Assembly (NCBI RefSeq): GCF_027922265.1
Contig: NZ_BSFI01000007.1
Coordinates: 290,979-322,978 of the forward strand
Reading direction: 5' to 3'
DNA from: Hansschlegelia plantiphila
GTDB taxonomy: Bacteria > Pseudomonadota > Alphaproteobacteria > Rhizobiales > Methylopilaceae
Length of the DNA: 32,000 bases
Positions 24,630-32,000 of this stretch are shown piece by piece. The notes under the pieces were generated by a model. That model ran no database searches, was not told where the DNA came from, and saw only the letters and a list, made by a program, of their open reading frames with translations. How positions within the stretch are numbered: position 1 is the stretch's first letter; each line of letters starts with the position of its first letter. The translations under genes and the position numbers were made by a program.

Positions 24630-25001
24630 ATGGGCCACGCCATCACGAAGTCGAAGCTCGAAAACGCCGTCGCGGACGCCGCCGCCGGCGTCATCCGCGA
24701 GGCCGCCATCGCGGGCTCGACCCCCGGCCGCTCGATCGCCGACGCCCGCCGGGTCGCGGCCGAAGTCGTCGCCGATCCCCGCCTCGCGGCGGCGCTCGAG
24801 CCGGTGTCGCGCGTCCAGAGCCAGACCATCCGCGGCATCGTCGTCGCGGCCGGCGCCCCCCTGATCGTGGCGATCGGGCGGATCGCCGGCGTCGAGATCG
24901 TCGATGGCGACGCTGCGACGCTCGTCTCCACTCTCGTCTCGCTCGCGGGCGCGGCCTACGCCTGGTATGGCCGCGAGACCACCACGCGGCCGCTCGCCTG
25001 A
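24630..25001 (+). CDS. Small membrane protein with two C-terminal TM segments; holin-like candidate
   Basis: 123 aa with high GC3. Hydrophobic segments IRGIVVAAGAPLIVAIGRIAGV and ATLVSTLVSLAGAAYAWYG. Starts 14 nt after the hydrolase gene. No family recognised. Confidence 0.45.
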   Translation: MGHAITKSKLENAVADAAAGVIREAAIAGSTPGRSIADARRVAAEVVADPRLAAALEPVSRVQSQTIRGIVVAAGAPLIVAIGRIAGVEIVDGDAATLVSTLVSLAGAAYAWYGRETTTRPLA

Positions 25002-25013
25002 AGGAGCCTTGTG

Positions 25014-25493
25014 ATGACCGCCTCCGCGGCCTCGCTCCGGCGCGACGCCTATGCGCATGACGACGCCAAGCTCGCGGCGCTGGAGCAACGGGTCTACGGC
25101 CTCGAGCGCGGCGTCCAGGATCTCAACCAGCTGTTCACCGGCCGGATCGGCGAGGTCTCGGCGCAGCTCTCGGGTCTGACGACCAAGCTCGACGACCGCT
25201 CGCGCACGCCGTGGGCGACGATCGTCTCCGCGATGGGCGTCGTGCTCGCGATCGTGATCGCCGGCGGGCAGCTCGTGAAGACGCCGGTGGACGATGCGAT
25301 CCGGCGGCTCGAGCGCGACGTCACGCGGCTCGACGGCTCGATCAAGGGCGTTGAGCGAGAGGCTCGGGAGGCGCAGCTTGCGGCGCCGGGGCGGGGCGAG
25401 CTGGAGGCGCGCTGGATTCTCGAAGAGCGCTCGATCGACGCGCTGCAGCGGCGGCTCGACCGCTACGAGCGCGCCCCGGCGCCTGGCGGATGA
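25014..25493 (+). CDS. Single-pass membrane protein with flanking predicted coiled coils; lysis-associated (spanin- or holin-regulator-like) candidate
   Basis: AAGGAG RBS 7 nt upstream of ATG 25014 (GTG 25011 is an alternative start). Central TM WATIVSAMGVVLAIVIAGGQLV. Heptad-like charged helices on both sides (LAALEQRVYGLERGVQDLNQL; IRRLERDVTRLDGSIKGVEREAREAQ). Confidence 0.45.
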   Translation: MTASAASLRRDAYAHDDAKLAALEQRVYGLERGVQDLNQLFTGRIGEVSAQLSGLTTKLDDRSRTPWATIVSAMGVVLAIVIAGGQLVKTPVDDAIRRLERDVTRLDGSIKGVEREAREAQLAAPGRGELEARWILEERSIDALQRRLDRYERAPAPGG

Positions 25494-25590
25494 CGCGGCC
25501 TCTGGCCGAGCCGGCGGTCCGGCCTAACTCGCCTGACGGGGCCTGCGATGTTCATTGCGGGTTCAGCGCGGAGGCGCGACACAGTTGGGA

Positions 25591-26112
25591 ATGATCCGGC
25601 CCCTCGCAACGGCGCTGAGCGCGATCGTCCTGGTCTTCGGGACGTGCGCAGCCGTCATTTCGGGAGAGCCGGCGCCTCCGCCTCCCGACGCGCCCTCCCG
25701 GCTCCCGCCGCAGCACGACGAGTCCGGACCGGAGCGCGCCCGCGCCGCGTCGCGGGACCATGACGGCGACGCGCGCGGCGGGGACCGCGACCGACCGCCC
25801 GCACGCATGGCGGACCCGCGATTCCAGGGGCTGGAGCGCGCCCGCGCCGCGGCGCGCGGCGCCGACCCCGGCGGCGGCGTCGATTGCCTGTCCGCCAGGG
25901 ACGCGCGGAGCGCCACCCTGCAGAAGCGCGCCGTCTCGCTCGCGGAGGCCGTGCGCGTCGCGCGAGACGCGTGGGACGGCGAGGTGATCGACTACAAGCT
26001 CTGCACCTATGACGGCAGGCTCGCCTACGAGCTGACCCTGCTCAACACGAACGGCCGCGTCGCCCGCGTCCGGGTCGACGCCTCGAACGGCAAGCTGGTC
26101 GGGGTGAGATGA
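25591..26112 (+). CDS. PepSY-domain periplasmic protein
   Basis: Signal/anchor MIRPLATALSAIVLVFGTCAAV, a Pro/Arg/Asp-rich linker, and a C-terminal PepSY-like fold motif (VSLAEAVRVARDAWDGEVIDYKL..YDGRLAYELTLLNTNGRVARVRVDASNGKLV). The track ORF begins at a TTG at 25555. Confidence 0.7.
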   Translation: MIRPLATALSAIVLVFGTCAAVISGEPAPPPPDAPSRLPPQHDESGPERARAASRDHDGDARGGDRDRPPARMADPRFQGLERARAAARGADPGGGVDCLSARDARSATLQKRAVSLAEAVRVARDAWDGEVIDYKLCTYDGRLAYELTLLNTNGRVARVRVDASNGKLVGVR

Positions 26113-26189
26113 CCGCCGAGCCGCAAGGCGCGACGCCGCGGCCGCGCTCCGCCATAATAAGCCGCTGATCCGAACGAGGCCACGATCCC

Positions 26190-26858
26190 ATGCGTCTGCT
26201 CGTCGTCGAGGACGACCCCGACCTCAACCGCCAGATCGTCACCGCCCTCGAAGACGCGGGCTACGCCGTCGACCGCGCTTTCGACGGCGAGGAAGGCCAC
26301 TTCCTCGGCGACACCGAGCCCTATGACGCGATCGTGCTCGACATCGGCCTGCCGAAGATGGACGGCATCAGCGTGCTGGAGCAGTGGCGGCGGGACGGCA
26401 AGGCGGCCCCGGTGCTGATCCTGACCGCCCGCGACCGGTGGTCGGACAAGGTGCAGGGCTTCGACGCCGGCGCCGACGACTATGTCGCGAAGCCCTTCCA
26501 CATGGAGGAGATCCTGGCCCGCGTCCGCGCGCTGCTGCGGCGCGCCAGCGGGCACGCCTCGAGCGAGATGCTCTGCGGGCCGGTGCGGCTCGACACCCGC
26601 GCGGGCCGCGTGAGCGTCGACGGCCGCAACATCCGCCTGACCTCGCACGAGTATCGCCTGCTCGCCTATCTCATGCACCATCAGGGCAGGGTGGTGTCGC
26701 GCACCGAGCTGGTCGAGCATCTCTACGATCAGGACTTCGACCGCGACTCCAACACGATCGAGGTGTTCGTCGGCCGCCTGCGCAAGAAGCTCGGCGCCGA
26801 GATCATCCAGACCGTGCGCGGGCTCGGCTACCTGCTCGCCCCGCCAGAACCGGCGTGA
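26190..26858 (+). CDS. OmpR/PhoB-family two-component response regulator
   Basis: MRLLVVEDD...D.IVLD.GLP.MDG (receiver with phospho-Asp context), LILTARD...DKV.GFDAGADDY..KPF, and a C-terminal winged helix (LT..EYRLL.YLM...G.V.SR.EL.E.LY......SNTIEV.V.RLRKKLG...I.TVRG.GY.L). Confidence 0.9.
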   Translation: MRLLVVEDDPDLNRQIVTALEDAGYAVDRAFDGEEGHFLGDTEPYDAIVLDIGLPKMDGISVLEQWRRDGKAAPVLILTARDRWSDKVQGFDAGADDYVAKPFHMEEILARVRALLRRASGHASSEMLCGPVRLDTRAGRVSVDGRNIRLTSHEYRLLAYLMHHQGRVVSRTELVEHLYDQDFDRDSNTIEVFVGRLRKKLGAEIIQTVRGLGYLLAPPEPA

Positions 26859-28303
26859 GCGCGCCGGCCGACCATCCGGCCGCGCCCGGAACGATCGGCA
26901 AGACCCAGGGCCCGACCGCCGCCGGAGCTCGGCGGCCGCATGTCGCCTCGGTCGCGTCCCGGCTGTTCGTGTCGGCCGCGCTGTGGGCGGGGGCCGTGCT
27001 GCTGATCGGCGGCGTGACGCTGTCTTCCTATTACACCCGCTCGGTCGAGCGGGGCTTCGACCAGCGGCTCCACGTCTATCTCAAGACGCTGGTCGCGGCG
27101 GTCGCGGACGGCGCCTTCGGGCGCGAGGATCCCGGGTCGTTCGGCGAGCCGCGCTTCGACCTCCCGCTTTCCGGCTGGTACTGGCAGATCACCCGCATCG
27201 ATCGCGACCCGCCGGAATCCACCACCTCGAAGTCGCTGTTCGAGGGCCAGCTGCCGCGGCTCGCCGATCTCGGCGTCGGCGAGACGATCGTCGGCACCCG
27301 CGAAGGCTATGCGCGCGGGCCGGACGAGCAGCGGCTCCGCGTGGTCGAGCGCACCGTCGACCTCGGCCAGGACGGCCGCTACCTGATCGCGATCGCGGCG
27401 GCGGCGGACGAGATCGACAAGGACATCGCCGACTTCAACGTCGCCCTGCTCATCAGCTTCCTCGCCCTCGGCATCGGCCTGCTGGTGACGACCTGGTTCC
27501 AGGTCACGTTCGGTCTGAGGCCGCTCAGGCGCATCCGCTCGCAGCTCGCGGAGGTGCGCGCCGGCGGCCGCTCGCGGCTCGACGGCGCCTTCCCGAAGGA
27601 GATCGCGCCGCTCGCGGGCGAGCTCAACGCGCTGCTCGAATCGAACCGCGAGATCGTCGAGCGCGCGCGCACCCATGTCGGAAACCTCGCCCACGGTCTG
27701 AAGACGCCGCTGTCGGTCATTGCGAACGAGGCGGACGCCGGCGACGACCCGTTCGCGCAGAAGGTCCGCGAGCAGGCCACCCTGATGCGCCGGCAGATCG
27801 ATCATCACCTCGAGCGCGCCCGCCTGTCTGCGGGCGTCGCCTTCGCGGGCGAGACCGCCGAGGTGAAGCCGGCGCTCGAGGCGCTCGCCCGCACGATGGA
27901 GAAGGTCCACCGCGACCGCGATCTCACGGTGGAGGTCGCTCTCAGCGAACCGCTGCGGTTCCGCGGTGAGCGTCAGGATCTCGAGGAGATGGTCGGCAAT
28001 CTCGTCGACAACGCCTGCAAATGGGCGGCTACGACCGTCCTGATCGCGGCCTCGTCCGTGGCGGCCGTCGACGCCGGCCGGGCGAGGTTCCGCGTGCTCG
28101 TCGACGACGACGGTCCGGGCCTCGACGACGGCCAGCGCGAGGAGGTGCTGCGTCGTGGGCGGAGGCTCGACGAGACCAAGCCGGGCTCGGGGCTGGGGCT
28201 TGCGATCGTCAGCGACCTCGCCGCGATGTATGGCGGCCGGCTTTCGCTCGACCGCGCGCCGTCGGGCGGCCTGCGCTGCGACCTCGAGCTGCCGGCGGCG
28301 TAA
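26855..28303 (+). CDS. Sensor histidine kinase (two TM segments, HAMP, HisKA, HATPase_c)
   Basis: GTG 26855 overlaps the regulator stop (GTGA). TM1 LFVSAALWAGAVLLIGGV, TM2 ALLISFLALGIGLLVTTWF followed by the HAMP motif LRPLRR. H-box HVGNLAHGLKTPLS, N-box GNLVDNACKWA, G-boxes DDDGPGL and GSGLGLAIV. Confidence 0.9.
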   Translation: MSAPADHPAAPGTIGKTQGPTAAGARRPHVASVASRLFVSAALWAGAVLLIGGVTLSSYYTRSVERGFDQRLHVYLKTLVAAVADGAFGREDPGSFGEPRFDLPLSGWYWQITRIDRDPPESTTSKSLFEGQLPRLADLGVGETIVGTREGYARGPDEQRLRVVERTVDLGQDGRYLIAIAAAADEIDKDIADFNVALLISFLALGIGLLVTTWFQVTFGLRPLRRIRSQLAEVRAGGRSRLDGAFPKEIAPLAGELNALLESNREIVERARTHVGNLAHGLKTPLSVIANEADAGDDPFAQKVREQATLMRRQIDHHLERARLSAGVAFAGETAEVKPALEALARTMEKVHRDRDLTVEVALSEPLRFRGERQDLEEMVGNLVDNACKWAATTVLIAASSVAAVDAGRARFRVLVDDDGPGLDDGQREEVLRRGRRLDETKPGSGLGLAIVSDLAAMYGGRLSLDRAPSGGLRCDLELPAA

Positions 28304-28324
28304 GACCTGCGCCGCCGCTGCTCT

Positions 28325-30004
28325 TCAATCCTCGCGCAGGCTCGCACGCGCGGCCATCAGGCCGAGCGTCGGACGGCCCGGCGAGGGCGGCGGAGGCGCG
28401 CCACGGGCGCCGGCGGCCGCGAAGGCGTGAGACGGCAGGTCGGCGGAGAACCTGCCGGCGTCGCCTCCGAGGCCGAGGCCGATCCGGCGGGAGAGCGCCT
28501 GCGGCCCGTCCGCGCCCTGGCCGATCGCCTCCGCGATGTCGGCCGCCGTGATGTCCGCGCCGAAATCGACGAAGGCGCTCGCCGCGTCCTCGGCGGTCAG
28601 GCGGCCGAGATAAGCCGCGACCGGGCCGTCCGGCTCGTCCCGGACCGCCTCGACGACCGGAGCGTCGCGCGTGGGCTCCGCGAACAGGTGACGCGCGGCG
28701 GCCGAGCCCGCGGCCCAGCCCGCGGCGATCGCGTCTCCCACGCCCGATCCCCCCTGCGCCGAGAAGAGCCCCTCATCCGGTCCGAGCCCGGAGCGCGCCA
28801 GCAACTCGTCGCGCGGCGCGAAGCCGCCGGAGACGACCAGCCCGTCGACCGTGAAGCTGCGCGCCGCGGAGGCCGCCCCCTCGCCGAACCGGTTGGCGGC
28901 GTGGACGGCGACGACGTGGCTGTCCTGCTCGTCGTAGTCGACGCCAGTGACCACGCTCGCGAAGCTGAGCGGAACCCCCATCGCCTTCGCGAGGTCGATC
29001 GCCGGCCCTTGCGGATCCTCCCGCGCGTCGATCACCATCTTCACCGAGACGCCGGCCTCGCTGAGGTCGATCGCCGTGCGATAGCCGTCGTCGGAAAGCG
29101 TCGCGACCACGACGCTTTCGCCGGGCGCGACCGCGTGGCGGCGGAGAAGCGCCCGGACGGCGAGCGAGTTCATCACCCCCGGGCGGTCGTTGTCGCGAAA
29201 GGCGAGCGGGCGCTCGCGGACGCCGGTCGCAAGCACCACGGCGCCGGCCGAGACCACCCGCACGGCGACGCGGCCGGGCTTCCTCGGGTCGACCCGCTCG
29301 ACGGCGACGACCGATCCGTCGGCCTCCACCGCGATCGCTGTCGCGCCGAGCGTCAGCGCGCTGCGGTCGGCGAGGGCCGCCGCCTGCCGGGTCGCCCACT
29401 GGCCGGGCGCGCGGCCGTCGATGCGACCGTCGAACAGGTCCGCGGCGCCTCCCGCCCGGAACGACGCCTCGAGAACGACCACGCTGAGCCCGGCGGCCCG
29501 CGCGGCCGCGGCCGCCGCAAGGCCCGCGAGGCCCGCGCCCACCACGACGACGTCGCAGGTTTCGCGGCGGGCGTCGGGCGATGGCTCGGTCGGCGGCAGG
29601 CGAGGGGCCGGCAGCGGCAGGACGCGTCTCAGCCGCTCGAGCGCGAGTCGCGGCGCGAGGCGACCGAACGAAGCCTCGGCGGCCGAGCGGAGCGGTCGCG
29701 CCGCGAGCCCTTCGCGGATCGCGATCTCGTCGCCCGACACCCCGGCCCACGCCCCGGAATCGTCCTCGAGAGCGACGAGGGCGATGTCTTCGAGGCCGAG
29801 GGCGGCCAGCGCCCTGGGACGGCCGAGCAGGGGGCTCGCGCCCCAGCGCGGCGCGGCTCCGGCGAGCAGGGCGCTCGCCAGCGTGTCGCCGTAGAAGCCC
29901 GAACAGGAGCGTCCCGCGAAGCGAAAGCCGACCGGCTCGTCGCGGTCGATCGCCGCGCCGAAGCGCCGATCCGCGGACGCCGGCAGACGGTACGGTCCGC
30001 TCAT
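28325..30004 (-). CDS. Sarcosine-oxidase-alpha-like / opine-oxidase-A-like FAD/NAD(P)-binding oxidoreductase; corresponds to the N-terminal half of SoxA and lacks a GcvT-like folate-binding domain
   Basis: ATG at 30004 (MSGPYRL...) overlaps the upstream stop (ATGA). F.FAG....G..GDTLASALLA is like the SoxA N-terminus. Rossmann motif CDVVVVGAGLAGLAAA. FVDFGADITAADIAEAI..GA resembles the SoxA FVD.QNDVT..DI motif. The track ORF's extra 300 N-terminal codons overlap the upstream gene and are rejected. Confidence 0.65.
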   Translation of the reverse strand: MSGPYRLPASADRRFGAAIDRDEPVGFRFAGRSCSGFYGDTLASALLAGAAPRWGASPLLGRPRALAALGLEDIALVALEDDSGAWAGVSGDEIAIREGLAARPLRSAAEASFGRLAPRLALERLRRVLPLPAPRLPPTEPSPDARRETCDVVVVGAGLAGLAAAAAARAAGLSVVVLEASFRAGGAADLFDGRIDGRAPGQWATRQAAALADRSALTLGATAIAVEADGSVVAVERVDPRKPGRVAVRVVSAGAVVLATGVRERPLAFRDNDRPGVMNSLAVRALLRRHAVAPGESVVVATLSDDGYRTAIDLSEAGVSVKMVIDAREDPQGPAIDLAKAMGVPLSFASVVTGVDYDEQDSHVVAVHAANRFGEGAASAARSFTVDGLVVSGGFAPRDELLARSGLGPDEGLFSAQGGSGVGDAIAAGWAAGSAAARHLFAEPTRDAPVVEAVRDEPDGPVAAYLGRLTAEDAASAFVDFGADITAADIAEAIGQGADGPQALSRRIGLGLGGDAGRFSADLPSHAFAAAGARGAPPPPSPGRPTLGLMAARASLRED

Positions 30005-31239
30005 CGCGCCGGCTCCCGTTCGCGGAGATGCGGCCGGCGGGTCGGCGCGAACGGCGCCATCGCGGGGTCGGTGGCGAGGCCGAACAGCAGGGCGACGACG
30101 TGGCGCGCCGCCGGCACCGCCCCCGACAGCGCGTCGCGGCCGAAGCCGAGCGCGAGCCAGAGTCCGGGAATCTCTGCCGCCCCGATCTGCGCCGCGCCGT
30201 CGATCCCCGTCCATGTCGTCACCGGCTCTTCCCCCGTCACGACGCTGCCCGCAAGCGAGGGCGCGACATCCACCAGCCGCCGCGCAAGGGAGTCGCCCCC
30301 GAGGGGGCCGGACACCGTGAGGACGCCGGAGATGTCGCGCGACAGCGTCAGGTCGTCGATGACCAGGGCCGGCCCGAGCGCCGGGCCGCCGGCCTCGACG
30401 GCGAGCGTCTGCCGCTCCTCGCGCTTGAGGGACAGCCGTCCCTTGCCCTCCCGGACCAGCCGGATGGCGGCGAAATCGTCGGCCAGGACCACCGAGCGTG
30501 CGGACACCAGGCGGTCGCCCAGCCGGACGCCGACCACCTCCGCGCCGTTCCGCTCGAGCCGCGTCACCGGCGTCGCCGCGAACAGGGCGGCGCCGGCGGC
30601 CGCCGCGGCGTCGGCCAGCGCGAAGGCGAGCGCGTCGGCGTCGAGCGTAACCGCGCCGGGCTCGTAGAGCGCGACGGCGAGCCCCGCGCCGGAGCCGAGC
30701 GGCGGGCTGAGCGCCGCGACCTCGAGCGGGGGCACCATCCACGCGGCGACGCCCGCCGCCTTCGCCGCCGCGGCCGCTGCGCCAAGCGCCTCGCTGTCGG
30801 AGGCGGAGACCGAGAGCGTCAGGCACCCCGTCGCGTCGAGCGCCACGGGGGAGGGCAGCCGGCGGAGCAGGTTCCTCGCTCGCTTCGGCGCGCGGACCTC
30901 GCAAAGCATGCGAAGGCGGTCGCGGTGCGCCGCGCGGACCACGGGCCAGGCGCGTTCGTCGGGTGAGCCGGCGATCTCGTCCGGCGCGAACAGCGCGACT
31001 GCGGCGCCCTCGTTCGCGCAGGCCCGGGCGATTGCGAGCGCACGCACGCCGCCGCCGACCACGACGACGTCGTAAGCGGCGTCGGAGGCGAGGCGGTCGG
31101 GATGCGTCGGCCGTCCCTGCGCGGGGCGCGAAGGACGCAGCAGGGCGGAGGAGAGAGCGCGGCGGAACAAGGGCTGGTCGTCTGTCCGAACCGGAGGGCG
31201 GAGTCGGCCCAACCTACAGCGGCCTGCGCCGCGGTTCAT
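30001..31239 (-). CDS. FAD-dependent oxidoreductase (DAO family; SoxB / OoxB / HcnC-like subunit)
   Basis: YDVVVVGGGVRALAIARACANEGAAVALF dinucleotide-binding motif and a glycine-rich C-terminal FAD region (LWLALGFGRDALSGAVPAARHVVALL). Start is uncertain (ATG 31239, or an in-frame TTG about 70 nt downstream). Translationally coupled to the SoxA-like gene. Confidence 0.65.
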   Translation of the reverse strand: MNRGAGRCRLGRLRPPVRTDDQPLFRRALSSALLRPSRPAQGRPTHPDRLASDAAYDVVVVGGGVRALAIARACANEGAAVALFAPDEIAGSPDERAWPVVRAAHRDRLRMLCEVRAPKRARNLLRRLPSPVALDATGCLTLSVSASDSEALGAAAAAAKAAGVAAWMVPPLEVAALSPPLGSGAGLAVALYEPGAVTLDADALAFALADAAAAAGAALFAATPVTRLERNGAEVVGVRLGDRLVSARSVVLADDFAAIRLVREGKGRLSLKREERQTLAVEAGGPALGPALVIDDLTLSRDISGVLTVSGPLGGDSLARRLVDVAPSLAGSVVTGEEPVTTWTGIDGAAQIGAAEIPGLWLALGFGRDALSGAVPAARHVVALLFGLATDPAMAPFAPTRRPHLREREPAR

Positions 31240-31341
31240 CCCGCTTGCGACGGATTCATAGGTTTTCCGCGACGCGACGGCGTGTCTCTTCTCGACAGGC
31301 TGGAACCTCTCTATGTGAGGCCGGGGAAGGAAACGGGTGCA

Positions 31342-32000
31342 ATGACGGCTCTCTGGGTGACGGTCGCAGCGATGACCGGCGCGGCGATCTTCGTCGTGCT
31401 CGCGTCCCTTGCGCGTCATCGCGCCGCCGGCGGCCCGGCCGAAGCGGCCGACGCCGCCGTCTATCGCGACCAGCTCGACGAGATTTCGCGCGACCAGGCC
31501 CGCGGGCTGATCGACGAGCGCGAGGCGGAGGGGGCCCGGACCGAGGTGGCGCGGCGCCTGATCGGCGCTTCCGATCGCGAAGAGGCGGCCGCCGGGCCTG
31601 CCACGCGCGCCGACCGTCGGCGCAGGCTGGCCGCAGCCGCGGCGCTCGTCGGCGTTCCGCTGATCGCGCTCGGCGGCTATGGCGCTCTGGGACGCCCGGA
31701 GATGCCCGACCTCCCGCTCGCCGCCCGCCTCAATGCGAATCCCGAAAGACAGCGGGTCGTCGATCTCGTCTCCCGCGTCGAAGCGGCGCTCGCGAACAAC
31801 CCGGACGACGCCCGCGGCTGGACCGTGGTCGCGCCGATCTACCTCAGGCTCGGCCGCGCGGAGGACGCGGCGGACGCCTACGCCAACATCATCCGCATCG
31901 AGGGCTCCTCGCCCGACCGCGAGGCCGACCTCGGCGAGGCGCTCTACGCGGCCGCCGACGGCGTCGTGACGGCCGAAGCGCGGGCGGCCTTCGAGCGCTC
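31342..32000 (+). CDS. ccmI: Cytochrome c-type biogenesis protein CcmI/CycH; 5' part, continues beyond the window
   Basis: Open frame from ATG 31342 to the window end, so it is absent from the ORF track. N-terminal TM (WVTVAAMTGAAIFVVLASL) followed by AAVYRDQLDEISRDQARGLIDEREAEGARTEVARRLI, the characteristic CcmI motif. A second TM (AAAALVGVPLIALGGYGALG) and the beginning of TPR-like repeats follow. Confidence 0.75.
   Translation, partial: MTALWVTVAAMTGAAIFVVLASLARHRAAGGPAEAADAAVYRDQLDEISRDQARGLIDEREAEGARTEVARRLIGASDREEAAAGPATRADRRRRLAAAAALVGVPLIALGGYGALGRPEMPDLPLAARLNANPERQRVVDLVSRVEAALANNPDDARGWTVVAPIYLRLGRAEDAADAYANIIRIEGSSPDREADLGEALYAAADGVVTAEARAAFER

Larger units (their letters stand above)
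7099..25493 (+). mobile_element. RcGTA-like gene transfer agent (domesticated head-tail phage-derived) cluster, including a contiguous fibre-like gene and lysis-like genes
   Basis: Colinear g1-g15 order, including the GTA hallmark genes g12 (DUF2460-like), g13 (DUF2163-like), g14 (NlpC/P60) and g15 (about 1300 aa host-specificity protein). Short tape measure (180 aa). No integrase, repressor or replication genes. Confidence 0.85.

Noticed and set aside
19844-24931. 1695-aa ORF on the minus strand, the longest in the track
   Set aside because: It runs antisense across g15, the DUF2793 gene, the hydrolase and the holin-like gene, all of which have recognisable motifs and high GC3 on the + strand. 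Its translation is low-complexity Arg/Ala/Gly/Pro with no motifs. Stop codons are AT-rich and rare in antisense frames at this GC content, so this is an artefact.
7099-25493. Intact or defective prophage rather than a GTA
   Set aside because: The window contains no integrase, excisionase, repressor, replication or att-like flanking direct repeats. Gene content and order match the RcGTA head-tail cluster, including the GTA-specific g12-g15 set and a very short tape measure. Functionality of the particle cannot be judged from sequence.
28427-30667. 746-aa + strand ORF, and the 300-codon N-terminal extension of minus-strand ORF 28325..30904
   Set aside because: The + ORF is antisense to the SoxA-like gene. 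The extension overlaps the 3' end of the upstream DAO-family gene in another frame. The MSGPYRL start at 30004 with an ATGA stop/start overlap is the coherent model.
31679-31969. 96-aa + strand ORF near the window end
   Set aside because: It is out of frame with the open CcmI reading frame (from 31342), which carries the characteristic VYRDQL...RRL motif. Its translation is Ser/Arg/Pro/Thr-rich low complexity.

Overview
High-GC (about 70% by eye) alphaproteobacterial, Rhizobiales-like chromosomal window. About 18 kb (7.1-25.5 kb) is a complete RcGTA-type gene transfer agent (GTA) cluster on the + strand. It runs g1 (small-terminase-like), g2 terminase, g3 portal, g4 prohead protease, g5 capsid, g6-g8 head-tail proteins, g9 major tail, g10/g10.1 chaperones, g11 tape measure, g12-g15 baseplate and host-specificity proteins. 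A DUF2793/glycine-rich fibre-like gene and a three-gene lysis-like cassette follow directly. No integrase, replication or att features are present, which fits a domesticated GTA rather than a prophage. The cluster has several unusual features: (1) a lower-GC, atypical-codon gene for a secreted protein sits antisense between terminase and portal; (2) two strong intrinsic terminators lie about 20 nt upstream of the portal and g6 start codons; (3) a 319-nt non-coding spacer follows the capsid gene; (4) at least two families of composite palindromic (REP/BIME-like) repeats fill intergenic gaps, and one of them supplies the 3' end of the protease ORF; (5) an in-frame CCCTTTC slippery heptamer precedes the g10 stop, with g10.1 in the -1 frame. 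Left of the cluster are two tandem RTX-type calcium-binding protein genes (the first partial), an outer-membrane beta-barrel gene with an odd poly-Pro/Cys tail coupled to a GT1-like glycosyltransferase, and a citrate/MHS-type MFS transporter (minus strand). Right of the cluster are a PepSY / OmpR-type response regulator / histidine kinase module, a translationally coupled SoxB-like/SoxA-like flavoprotein pair (minus strand), and the 5' part of ccmI. All calls rest on reading the translations and the DNA; no database search was run. The many very long antisense ORFs in the track are high-GC artefacts.
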